A stretch of DNA of 64,000 nt from Terriglobus sp. GTDB taxonomy: Bacteria > Acidobacteriota > Terriglobia > Terriglobales > Acidobacteriaceae. The notes under the pieces are model-generated. The model did not search any database, was not told the DNA's origin, and worked only from the letters and a program-made list of their open reading frames with translations. The stretch lies in assembly GCA_965200815.1 (NCBI GenBank), contig OZ241387.1:17112-81111 (forward strand), written 5' to 3'. Made by a program: the position numbers and the translations under genes. Positions 21,572 through 30,213 of this stretch are shown in pieces (the first letter of the stretch is position 1; each line of letters opens with the position of its first letter).

Positions 21572-22858
21572 ATGCTCAAGCATGTCGGCGCGTCATTGTT
21601 CGTCGCCATCTTAGGCTGGTCCGCACCGGTGTCCGCGCAACCGCTCGTGCTTTTTTCGCCTAACCAGGCGGTAGCCGAGGCACTGAGCCGCTCGCCCGTG
21701 CTGCGCGGCGCCGATGCGTCTCGTGCCGCCGTGCGGGGTGATGCCCTGGCGGCACCGTTGCGGCCCAACCCGGATGCCTCGATCGTCGTCGAGAATTTCG
21801 GCGGCATTGGCGGGCGCGGCAACTACCGGGAAGGCCGGGCGATCGAGACGACGCTCGGCCTATCGCAGCGCATCGAATTGGGCGGCAAGCGCGGCGCGCG
21901 AATTGGCTTGGCGGGTCGCGCGACCGAGGTGGCGGGATTGGACTACGAGGCGGCGCGTCTGGACTTGGCGCGCGACGTGGTGACGGCTCTGGCCGAGGCC
22001 GAGGCGGCGTTCCGCACGATCGCCGTGGAACGGGATCGGGCCAGGCTGGCGGGCGACACGTTGCGGATCGCCCGCGGTCGGGTCGATGCCGGAAAGGAGC
22101 CGTTGCTCCAGGCTCGGCGAGCCGAGGTCACTCTCACCACGTCGAACGTCGCGGTGGAGCGGGCCACCCGCGATGCCGACATCGCCCTGCGGAACCTTGC
22201 CGTTCTGATCGGGGTGCCCCAGGTTGAACTCGCCGTACGACGGACCTGGTTTGACGACATCGGCCCGGCGCCCGCCCTCCCAGTTCCCGCCGACCCGTTG
22301 CAGCGGGTCGCGGCCAACCCCGATTTCCTGAAGCTGGACGCCGCCATCACTCAGCAGCGCGCCAACATCGCCCTGCAACGCGCCAACGCGACTCCGGATG
22401 TGACGCTGCAAGGCTACGTGCGGCGGTTCGAGGAAGGACGGGAGACGGCCTTCGTGGCCGGTGCCTCAATCCCGCTGCCGTTCAGCGATCGCAACCAGGG
22501 TGGGATCGCCCGGGCGCAGGCCGAGCTGTCGCGCGCCGAAGCGGAAGCCGACCGGGGACGCTTGGCTATCGCCGCCTCTCTGAACACCGCGGAACGCCGA
22601 ACCGACCTGGCGTGGCGAAACGTGCAGACGCTGCGCCGAGCCGCCCTGCCCGCGGCGGAGCAGGCGGCGCGCCTCGCCCTGGGCGGGTTCACGGAGGGCA
22701 AGTTCACCTTCTTGGAGGTGCTCGACGCGCAACGGGCCCTGGCGGACACGCGCGTTCAGCTCACCGACACGCTGCGGGAGTTCCATGCCCGCCGGGCCGA
22801 GGTGGAGCGTTTGCGCGGCCAGGAGCCCGGCGTTCAGCCCGCGGCAGGAGTCAAATGA
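21572..22858 (+). CDS. czcC: Outer-membrane efflux protein (CzcC/TolC family), RND system 1
   Basis: Signal peptide MLKHVGASLFVAILGWSAPVSA. The length and the repeated coiled alpha-helical regions are typical of OEP proteins. The stop overlaps the czcB start (ATGA). The 665-aa ORF from 20861 is an artefactual upstream extension. Confidence 0.8.
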   Translation: MLKHVGASLFVAILGWSAPVSAQPLVLFSPNQAVAEALSRSPVLRGADASRAAVRGDALAAPLRPNPDASIVVENFGGIGGRGNYREGRAIETTLGLSQRIELGGKRGARIGLAGRATEVAGLDYEAARLDLARDVVTALAEAEAAFRTIAVERDRARLAGDTLRIARGRVDAGKEPLLQARRAEVTLTTSNVAVERATRDADIALRNLAVLIGVPQVELAVRRTWFDDIGPAPALPVPADPLQRVAANPDFLKLDAAITQQRANIALQRANATPDVTLQGYVRRFEEGRETAFVAGASIPLPFSDRNQGGIARAQAELSRAEAEADRGRLAIAASLNTAERRTDLAWRNVQTLRRAALPAAEQAARLALGGFTEGKFTFLEVLDAQRALADTRVQLTDTLREFHARRAEVERLRGQEPGVQPAAGVK

Positions 22859-24105
22859 TGACCCGATATATGATGCCCGCGCTCGCCATCATTGCCGGAG
22901 TGGGCCTGGCAGCGGCCGTTCCTTCCATCCCGCAGACGGCTCGGCACCTAGTCGGCCTGCCCGTCTCCGGTCCAGCCGAAGCTCGTCCTGCCGCCGCGGC
23001 GACAAGCCCGGATGCTCATGGCAAGGACGAGAAGGAGGGTGCCCATGCCGAAGAGGGCAAGATCGCCATGACGGACGAGCTGATCGGCGCTGCCGGGATC
23101 AAGGTATCCGCCGTCGGAGGCGGCGCGCTGGTCAGCCGCGTCGCCGCCTCCGGCGTGCTCGCCGCCAGCCAGGACCGGCTGGCCCGCGTGACCGCCCGAG
23201 TTGGCGGCACGGTCGTCGAAGTGCGGCGCAGCCTGGGTGAGCGGGTCGCCAAAGGTGATGTGCTCGCGGTGATCGAGAGCCGGGAGATCGCCGAGGCGAA
23301 GGGCGAGTTCCTGGCGGCCTCCCGTACGGCGTCCCTGGCCGAGAGCACGCTGGCGCGCGAAGGGCGGCTGTGGAAGCAGCGCATCTCCGCCGAACAGGAC
23401 TTCCTGCAGGCGCGCACCACGGCCGAGGAGGTCCGCATCCGCGTCGACCTGGCTCGGCAGAAGCTATCCGCCCTGGGCCTGACCGAGGTCGAGATCGTCG
23501 TGCTGCCGCGGCAGCCCGTGGCATCGCTCCGGCGGCTAGAGGTGCGGGCGCCGATCACCGGGCAAATCACGGCCCGCGCCGCGGTGCTGGGTGCCGCCGT
23601 GGGCGGTGACACGGAGCTGTTCAGCGTTGCCGATCTGTCGACGCTGTGGGTGGAGATGGCGATCCCACCACGGGACCTGCCATCGGCTCGTCAGGGCCAA
23701 GCCGTGGCGGTCTCCGGCGAAGGCGGCAGCAAGGGCGAGGGAAAGCTCGTCTTCCTGAGCCCGCTGCTCGACCCAGAGACGCGCTCCGCTCGCGGGGTCG
23801 CCGAATTGGCAAACCCCGACGGCGCGTGGCGGCCCGGCGCCTTCGTCACCGCACATCTGGCGACGGCCGAACAGAAGGTGGACCTGCTGGTCCCGCGCGA
23901 CGCCATCCAGGAGGTCGAGGGCGAGAAGGTCGTGTTCGTCCGCACCGCGGAGGGCTTCGAGAAGCGGGAGATCGCCATCGGCCGCGAGGATAGCGATCGC
24001 GTCGAGGTGGTCTTTGGACTGGAGCCCGGCACCGAGATCGCTGTGGGCAACGCCTTCGCGCTGCGGGCCGAGCTCGCGAAGTCCGAAGCGTCGCACAGCC
24101 ACTAG
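22855..24105 (+). CDS. czcB: RND periplasmic adaptor (membrane fusion protein), system 1
   Basis: N-terminal TM MMTRYMMPALAIIAGVGLAAA; lipoyl-like hairpin RVTARVGGTVVEVRRSLGERVAKGDVLAVIES; beta-barrel C-terminal part. Confidence 0.85.
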   Translation: MMTRYMMPALAIIAGVGLAAAVPSIPQTARHLVGLPVSGPAEARPAAAATSPDAHGKDEKEGAHAEEGKIAMTDELIGAAGIKVSAVGGGALVSRVAASGVLAASQDRLARVTARVGGTVVEVRRSLGERVAKGDVLAVIESREIAEAKGEFLAASRTASLAESTLAREGRLWKQRISAEQDFLQARTTAEEVRIRVDLARQKLSALGLTEVEIVVLPRQPVASLRRLEVRAPITGQITARAAVLGAAVGGDTELFSVADLSTLWVEMAIPPRDLPSARQGQAVAVSGEGGSKGEGKLVFLSPLLDPETRSARGVAELANPDGAWRPGAFVTAHLATAEQKVDLLVPRDAIQEVEGEKVVFVRTAEGFEKREIAIGREDSDRVEVVFGLEPGTEIAVGNAFALRAELAKSEASHSH

Positions 24106-24121
24106 CCCGGGAGGCGAGAAG

Positions 24122-27100
24122 ATGATCGGACGTATCCTCGATTTCGCAGTTCACCGGCGATGGACGGTGGTCATCATGGCCCTGCTCGCCGCCGCGGTCG
24201 GCGGCCACGCGCTTACCCGACTGCCAATCGACGCCGTGCCGGACATCACCAACAATCAGGCGCAGATCAGCACCGTCGCTCCGTCATTGTCGCCGTTCGA
24301 GATCGAAAAGCAGGTGACGCTGCCGATCGAGATGGCGCTGGCGGGCATCCCGGGCCTCGAATCCACCCGGTCCGTGTCGCGCAACGGCTTCAGCCAGGTC
24401 ACGGCGGTGTTCACCGAGGACACCGGGATCTACTTCGCCCGCCAGCAGGTGCTGGAGCGCCTGGCCGAAGCCCGCGAGACCATGCCGCCCGGCGCCGAAC
24501 CGCGGCTGGGGCCGGTGTCGACCGGCCTGGGCGAGGTGACGATGTGGACTGTGGGCTACGCGGACCGCAAGGCTGGGGATGTCGTTGCCGATGGCATCTC
24601 GGGCTGGCAGGCCGACGGCAGCTATCGGACGCCGGAAGGCGAGCGCCTGGCCGACGATGCGTCGCGAGCCGCCTATCTCCGCACCGTGCAGGACTGGGTG
24701 ATCCGGCCGCAACTGCGTACCTTGTCCGGTCTCGCCGGGGTGGATGCCATCGGCGGCTACGTGAAGCAGTTCGTGGTGCAGCCCGATCCGGCACGCCTCA
24801 TGGCGTTGGGTCTGACCTTCCGCGACCTGGGCGAAGCGCTGGAGCGCAACAACGCCAGCATGGGCGCGGGCTACGTCGAGCGCGGCGGCGAGGGCCTGGT
24901 GGTCCGCTCGGCCGGGCGCTTGTCGAAGGTGGCGGAAATGGAGCAGGTCGTCGTCGCCACGCGGAACGGCGTCCCGGTGCTGCTGCGCGACGTGGCGAAC
25001 GTCGAGACCGGCCAGGCGCCGCGCCTGGGCAGCGCCAGCGAGAACGGGCGCGAGGTCGTGGTCGGCACGGCGCTGATGCTTATCGGCGGCAACAGCCGCA
25101 CCGTGGCCGCGGCGGTTGAGGAGCGCCTGGCAGAGGTCAGGAAGACACTCCCGCCCGGCATCGAGGCCAAGTCGGTGCTGGATCGCGGCGTACTGGTCGA
25201 CAGCACCATCCGGACGGTGGCGAAGAACCTGGCCGAGGGCGCGCTGCTCGTCGTCGCCGTGCTGTTCCTGATGCTGGGGAACATCCGCGCCGCGCTGATC
25301 ACCGCGGCCGTCATTCCCGTCACCATGCTGCTGACTGCCTTCGGCATGGTCCGAGGCGGCATCAGCGCCAACCTGATGAGCCTGGGCGCGCTCGATTTCG
25401 GGCTCATCGTCGACGGCGCCGTCATCATCACCGAGAACAGTCTGCGCCACCTGGCGGAACGGCAGCACGAGTTCAAGCGCAAGCTGGACTTGGAGGAGCG
25501 GCTGCGGACAGTGGCGGAGAGTGCCCGCGAGATGATTCGTCCCTCGCTGTTCGGGCAAGGGATCATCATCCTGGTTTATGCGCCGCTGCTGACCTTCACC
25601 GGGGTGGAAGGCAAGATGTTCGTGCCCATGGCGCTGACGGTCATCATCGCCCTGGTTTTCGCCTTCGTGCTCTCGCTCACCCTGGTTCCGGCGCTGATAG
25701 CCATCGCCATCACCGGCCGCGTCAAGGAGGAGGAGGTCTGGCTGGTTCGCGTGCTGAAGCGTGGTTACGGCCCCACGCTGAATGCGTCGTTGCGGGCACC
25801 GGTCCCGGTGATCGCCGGCGGGGCCGTGCTGTTCGCCCTGTCGCTGATGCTGTTCAGCCGCTTGGGCCAGGAGTTCATCCCAACCCTGGACGAGGGCAAC
25901 CTCGCCATGCAGGCCTTACGGATCCCCAGCACCTCTCTACCCCAGTCGCAATCGATGCAGTCTGCCGTGGAGAAGCGCGTCTCGGCGTTCAAGGAGGTGG
26001 CGTTTATCTACTCCAAGACGGGCACGGCCGAGGTGGCGAGCGACCCGATGCCGCCCAGCGCCTCCGACACCTTCATCATCCTGCGTCCCCGGGCGGAGTG
26101 GCCCGATCCTCACCTAGACAAGGACGAGTTGGTGAAGCGCATCGAAGCGTCGGTCGCGCGGTTGCCGGGCAACGCGCTGGAGTTCTCGCAGCCGATCCAG
26201 ATGCGCTTCAACGAGTTGCTGGCGGGCGTGCGGGGCGACTTGGCGGTGAAGGTGTTCGGCGACGAGTACGAGCCGATGCTGAAGGCCACCAGCCAGATCG
26301 CGGCCATCCTCAACCGGGTGGACGGCGCCAGCGACGTGAAGGTCGAACAGGCGCAGGGACTGCCGTTCCTTGAGATCACCGTCGACCGGGCCGAGATCGC
26401 ACGGCGAGGTCTTAGCGTCACTGCCGTGCAGGACGTCGTCTCAGCGGCGATCGGCGGCAAGGAGTCGGGCGTGGTGTTCGAGGGCGATCGCCGCTTCGCC
26501 ATCGTGGTGCGCCTGGCGGAAAGCGTCCGCAGCGACATGGAGGCGTTGCGCAACCTGCCGGTGCCGCTTCCGGCCGTGGAGGGACGCCCGCTGGGCACCG
26601 TGCCCCTGCGGCAAGTGGCGGCTCTGAACGTTGTGGCCGGGCCAAACCAAATTAGCCGCGAGAACGGCAAGCGGCGGGTCGTGGTGCAGGCCAACGCGCG
26701 AGGTCGGGACATCGGTTCACTCGTGGCGGAGGCGCGCGCCAAGGTCGAGGCGGAGGTGCGGCTGCCACCGGGCTACTACATCACCTGGGGCGGGCAGTTC
26801 GAGAATCTGGCTAAAGCGCAGGCCCGGCTGTCGATCGTCGTGCCCGCTTGCTTCCTGTTGATCATCTTGCTGCTCTACGGGGCGCTTGGCTCCTTTCGAG
26901 ATGCGCTGCTGGTGTTCAGTGGTGTGCCGCTCGCCCTGTCCGGCGGGCTGCTGGCGCTGTGGTTGCGGGACATGTCGTTCTCGGTTTCGGCCGCGGTCGG
27001 CTTCATCGCGCTGTCCGGCGTCGCGGTGCTCAACGGGCTGGTGATGGCCACCTCGATCCGCGGCTTGTTGGAGGCCGGACGGCTTTCGCTGCGCGATGCC

Positions 27101-27370
27101 GTGTTCCAGGGCGCCATGACCCGGCTGCGGCCCGTTGCGATGACGGCCCTGGTGGCCTCGCTGGGCTTCGTGCCGATGGCGTTGGCGACCGGGCCGGGTG
27201 CCGAAGTGCAGAAGCCCCTTGCCACGGTCGTCATCGGCGGACTGATCAGCGCCACGATCCTGACGCTTCTGGTGCTGCCCGCCCTCTACATGCGGTTCAA
27301 TCGGGCCACCGTAACAAATCCTTCGACCGCAGACCAGGTGCCGAAGGCCCAACCTACGGCGGCCGAGTGA
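24122..27370 (+). CDS. czcA: Heavy-metal-efflux RND permease (CzcA family), system 1
   Basis: 1082 aa. N-terminus MIGRILDFAVHRRW...PIDAVPDITNNQAQI, plus the HME-type TM4 motif DFGLIVDGAVIITEN. Confidence 0.9.
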   Translation: MIGRILDFAVHRRWTVVIMALLAAAVGGHALTRLPIDAVPDITNNQAQISTVAPSLSPFEIEKQVTLPIEMALAGIPGLESTRSVSRNGFSQVTAVFTEDTGIYFARQQVLERLAEARETMPPGAEPRLGPVSTGLGEVTMWTVGYADRKAGDVVADGISGWQADGSYRTPEGERLADDASRAAYLRTVQDWVIRPQLRTLSGLAGVDAIGGYVKQFVVQPDPARLMALGLTFRDLGEALERNNASMGAGYVERGGEGLVVRSAGRLSKVAEMEQVVVATRNGVPVLLRDVANVETGQAPRLGSASENGREVVVGTALMLIGGNSRTVAAAVEERLAEVRKTLPPGIEAKSVLDRGVLVDSTIRTVAKNLAEGALLVVAVLFLMLGNIRAALITAAVIPVTMLLTAFGMVRGGISANLMSLGALDFGLIVDGAVIITENSLRHLAERQHEFKRKLDLEERLRTVAESAREMIRPSLFGQGIIILVYAPLLTFTGVEGKMFVPMALTVIIALVFAFVLSLTLVPALIAIAITGRVKEEEVWLVRVLKRGYGPTLNASLRAPVPVIAGGAVLFALSLMLFSRLGQEFIPTLDEGNLAMQALRIPSTSLPQSQSMQSAVEKRVSAFKEVAFIYSKTGTAEVASDPMPPSASDTFIILRPRAEWPDPHLDKDELVKRIEASVARLPGNALEFSQPIQMRFNELLAGVRGDLAVKVFGDEYEPMLKATSQIAAILNRVDGASDVKVEQAQGLPFLEITVDRAEIARRGLSVTAVQDVVSAAIGGKESGVVFEGDRRFAIVVRLAESVRSDMEALRNLPVPLPAVEGRPLGTVPLRQVAALNVVAGPNQISRENGKRRVVVQANARGRDIGSLVAEARAKVEAEVRLPPGYYITWGGQFENLAKAQARLSIVVPACFLLIILLLYGALGSFRDALLVFSGVPLALSGGLLALWLRDMSFSVSAAVGFIALSGVAVLNGLVMATSIRGLLEAGRLSLRDAVFQGAMTRLRPVAMTALVASLGFVPMALATGPGAEVQKPLATVVIGGLISATILTLLVLPALYMRFNRATVTNPSTADQVPKAQPTAAE

Positions 27371-27405
27371 GCTATCTACCTTCCCCACAACCGAGGAGAT
27401 TTGTA

Positions 27406-27783
27406 ATGACGAAGCTCTATTCCACGCTCGCCGTCCTGTTGATGCTCGCGCCGGCCGCTTTCGCCCAGGGCCATGCGCACAGCGACAAGAAGGGACCGCA
27501 TGGCGGCCTGCTGCAAGATGTCATCGGCGTGGAGGCCGAACTCGTCACAGCTGAGCGGACCTTGACACTCCACGTCTATGACGAGGCCGGAAAGCCGGTG
27601 TCTGTGGCGGGCTATTCCGGATCGGCACTCGTCGGAACGGGGGCTGCACGCCAAGTGGTCCAGCTCACACCGGGCTCTGATAATACGATGACCGGGGCGG
27701 CGCCCGCGGCGATTGCGCGGGGAACCTCAGTAACCGTCCAGCTTAAAGGATCGAACGGCAAGAGCGGGCAGGCCAAGTTCTAG
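27406..27783 (+). CDS. Small periplasmic accessory protein with His-rich mature N-terminus (family member 1)
   Basis: GAGGAGA then ATG 27406. Signal peptide MTKLYSTLAVLLMLAPAAFA, then QGHAHSDKKGPHGG. The pattern is shared with 52575..52958 (HGG..V...E..L..YV.DE.GKP...V.L.P). Confidence 0.6.
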   Translation: MTKLYSTLAVLLMLAPAAFAQGHAHSDKKGPHGGLLQDVIGVEAELVTAERTLTLHVYDEAGKPVSVAGYSGSALVGTGAARQVVQLTPGSDNTMTGAAPAAIARGTSVTVQLKGSNGKSGQAKF

Positions 27784-28035
27784 GTTCATCCATCAAGAAT
27801 GCGGGTTGGTGGACATCTAGTGCCTCCGGCCCGCGTCGGATCACCAGAGTAAATCGAGAAATCGATTGCGAGCCGATATTGTCTAAAAATACTAATAGTT
27901 TTCTATTTAGGCGTTACTTTACTGGTGATAAGCAATTGCATATTATGGCATGGTGTGGACTGGAGAACAGGGGCCTGTGTCGACCGCCTCACGCGCCAGG
28001 ATGCCCAATAGGTAAGCGTCAGCGGTCATGGTCGA

Positions 28036-28353
28036 TCACAAAAAGTCCGGCTGCTGCAGCTGCGGCTTTCTTTCCGGCCGGACCGGCAGAGCCTCGATCT
28101 CCGCGCCGAATGCCTGCTCGGCAATGCGGAGATCATAGGCCGCTTGCAGATTGAGCCAGAATTCAGCCGAGGTCCGAAACCAGTGGCCGAGGCGCAAAGC
28201 GGTGTCGCCGGTGACCGCTCGCTTGCCATTGATGATCTGCGAAACCCGGTTCGCCGGCACGTTGATCTGCCGGGCTAACTCGGTCGGTGAAACGCCGAGT
28301 TCTTCCAGCTCGTCGGACAGAATTTCACCGGGGTGGATCGCCGGTCTGGTCAT
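28036..28353 (-). CDS. higA: HigA-family antitoxin (XRE HTH)
   Basis: MTRPAIHPGEILSDELEELGVSPTELARQINVPANRVSQIINGKRAVTGDTALRLGHWF. GGAGGA lies 7 nt upstream of ATG 28353. Confidence 0.8.
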   Translation of the reverse strand: MTRPAIHPGEILSDELEELGVSPTELARQINVPANRVSQIINGKRAVTGDTALRLGHWFRTSAEFWLNLQAAYDLRIAEQAFGAEIEALPVRPERKPQLQQPDFL

Positions 28354-28367
28354 TGGTGCTTCCTCCA

Positions 28368-28652
28368 TCAGTGATAATCGACAATCTCGACATTCGACGG
28401 GCCGGCCGCGTCCTGCGGCCATTCAAAGCAAACCCGCCATTGGCCGTTGATGCGGATGCTGTATTGCCCGGCCCGGTCGCCCCTCAGGGCTTCCAGCCGA
28501 TTGCTCGGCAGGCCGCGCAAGTCGCTCAGGCTGGTCGCCGCGCCCAGAATTTCGAGCCGCTTATGTGCCTGCCGATCGAAACCGGAAAAGGCCGCCATGC
28601 GCTCTCCTGCGGCAAACTGCGCCGTTCGTTTATCCTTAAATCCTATAATCAC
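28368..28652 (-). CDS. higB: HigB-like RelE/ParE-fold toxin (plasmid maintenance system killer)
   Basis: 94 aa: FKDKRTAQF...NRLEALRGDRAGQYSIRINGQWRVCFEW. The toxin-first gene order is typical of hig modules. Confidence 0.8.
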   Translation of the reverse strand: MIIGFKDKRTAQFAAGERMAAFSGFDRQAHKRLEILGAATSLSDLRGLPSNRLEALRGDRAGQYSIRINGQWRVCFEWPQDAAGPSNVEIVDYH

Positions 28653-28791
28653 ATGCCAAGATAACAGGCTTGACGTTTGACGTCACGCGTATTTTCTATC
28701 TGCGCCGCCTGGATTGTAGAAGCCTCGAGCTTTGCAAACGTTTTCAGATGTTTGTTTAATATGCTAATCTGATTCTCTGGAGGAGCCCGAT

Positions 28792-28872
28792 ATGAAGTTC
28801 ATCATTCTGACTCTCGTTAGCCTGATGGTGATGGCCGCTCCGGCTTTCGCTTGCTGCCCCGGTTGCCCATAG
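28792..28872 (+). CDS. 26-codon signal-peptide ORF ending in CCPGCP (candidate secreted or lipidated Cys-rich micropeptide)
   Basis: GGAGGAG lies 6 nt before ATG 28792. Translation is MKFIILTLVSLMVMAAPAFACCPGCP, with TAG at 28870-28872 and a perfect hairpin terminator 25 nt later. It is below the ORF-track cutoff. Confidence 0.45.
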   Translation: MKFIILTLVSLMVMAAPAFACCPGCP

Positions 28873-28896
28873 CGACAAGGTGCTAGGCTGGTAGAA

Positions 28897-28924
28897 ACAA
28901 AGCCGTCCTTTGGGACGGCTTTGT
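28897..28924. terminator. Bidirectional hairpin terminator between the micro-ORF and ccdA
   Basis: acaaagccgtcc(28897-28908) tttg ggacggctttgt(28913-24): a perfect 12-bp stem followed by a T-rich run (tgtgg). It lies between convergent genes. Confidence 0.6.
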
Positions 28925-28971
28925 TGTGGCGAGCCCTAAAGGTTGAGCATCATCTTACCGATCTCCCCTAT

Positions 28972-29709
28972 TCATCCGATGGTCCCAAGGGCAGGAAAAA
29001 ACTGAAGCATCAAAATGGCGAAGTCGGTGAGATGGCCGGTAATCATGGCTACACCCATCACCACCATGACCCCGCCCGCTACGAGTTGAAGCATCACGCC
29101 AAAGCGCCGCAACGTGCGGAACGGGCCGCGCAAAAAGGCGTCAGCGAAAACAGCCACCAGCAGAAAGGGCACGCCTAGTCCTGCTGCATAGGTGGCCAGC
29201 AACAGGATACCGATATGGCTAATTTCTCCGGTTGCGGTTATCGCCAGAATAGCGCCCAACACCGGCCCGATACAGGGAGTCCAGCCAAACGCAAAGGCCA
29301 GCCCCAGCACATAGGCGGATAACGGCGTGCCGCCTCTGAACTTTGGCATGAAGCGCAGATCGCGCTGCAATGGCATTAGCCGCAGCATACCCGCAGTCAT
29401 AAGACCAAACAGGGTGACCACAACCCCGCCGACAATACCTGCCTCGTAGCGGTAGCGGAGCAGGGTATGGCTAAGCGCCGAGGCGCCCGCGCCCATGGCC
29501 ACGAACACAGTGGCAAAGCCCAGCACGAAGCATAGGCCGAGACCGAGCGTTGTAAGACGCGAAGAGGGGGTAGCCACGCTGCCTGCCGTAGTGCCCGCAA
29601 CATAAGAAAGGTAGCCGGGCACAAGCGGAAGCACGCATGGCGAGAGAAAAGAGACCATGCCAGCCGTGAAGGCGGTCAGCAGACCCGACATTTGCAGCAA
29701 GGAGGTCAT
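28972..29709 (-). CDS. ccdA: CcdA/DsbD-family thiol-disulfide electron transporter
   Basis: FLSPCVLPLVPGYLSYV and FGWTPCIGPVLGAIL (the two conserved TM cysteines); six TM segments. Confidence 0.85.
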   Translation of the reverse strand: MTSLLQMSGLLTAFTAGMVSFLSPCVLPLVPGYLSYVAGTTAGSVATPSSRLTTLGLGLCFVLGFATVFVAMGAGASALSHTLLRYRYEAGIVGGVVVTLFGLMTAGMLRLMPLQRDLRFMPKFRGGTPLSAYVLGLAFAFGWTPCIGPVLGAILAITATGEISHIGILLLATYAAGLGVPFLLVAVFADAFLRGPFRTLRRFGVMLQLVAGGVMVVMGVAMITGHLTDFAILMLQFFPALGTIG

Positions 29710-29715
29710 CGAGCC

Positions 29716-30213
29716 TTAGACCGGCGCCGTGGCACGCGTTTCATCGCGCCTTAAAGTCAGCAGCAGCAGGAGCATCACACCCAGGAAAATCGCTGAATCA
29801 GCGATATTGAAGGCAGGCCAGTGATAGCCGCCTGCGTGAAAGTCGAGGAAGTCCGTTACCGCACCATGACGCAGCCGGTCCACCACATTGCCGAGCGCGC
29901 CGCCCGTGATCAAGCCGACCGCTACCGCATTGAAGGGCCTGAAGTCATGGCGGGTCCAGAGGATAAAGCCTGCAATCACTGCAAGCGCGAACGCGGACAG
30001 TATCCATGGCGTTGCGGGATGGTCGGCCGAGAGCATGCCGAAGCTCACACCACGATTTCGACCCAGCACCACGTTGAAGAACGGGGTAACGGTCAGGACG
30101 CGCAGCGGATCGAGCAATGTCGCCAGAGCCCAAGCTTTGGTGACCTGGTCGAGCGCAAACGCGAGGATCGCGGGGGCGGCAATCCAGCCCCAGGGGATGC
30201 GGCGCTCAGCCAT
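29716..30213 (-). CDS. lspA: Lipoprotein signal peptidase II
   Basis: DQVTKAW, FFNVVLGRNRGVSFG, GGALGNVVDRLRHGAVTDFLDF and WPAFNIADS. ATG 30213 overlaps the cadA stop by 8 nt. Confidence 0.85.
   Translation of the reverse strand: MAERRIPWGWIAAPAILAFALDQVTKAWALATLLDPLRVLTVTPFFNVVLGRNRGVSFGMLSADHPATPWILSAFALAVIAGFILWTRHDFRPFNAVAVGLITGGALGNVVDRLRHGAVTDFLDFHAGGYHWPAFNIADSAIFLGVMLLLLLTLRRDETRATAPV

Noticed and set aside
27860-27950. A very AT-rich ~90-bp patch with short imperfect repeats (aaatcgagaaatcgatt; ctaaaaata…tctatttag), considered as an IS end, res site or origin
   Set aside because: The repeats are short and imperfect, with no partner end or adjacent recombinase. It is best described only as a block junction or possible promoter region for nothing identifiable.
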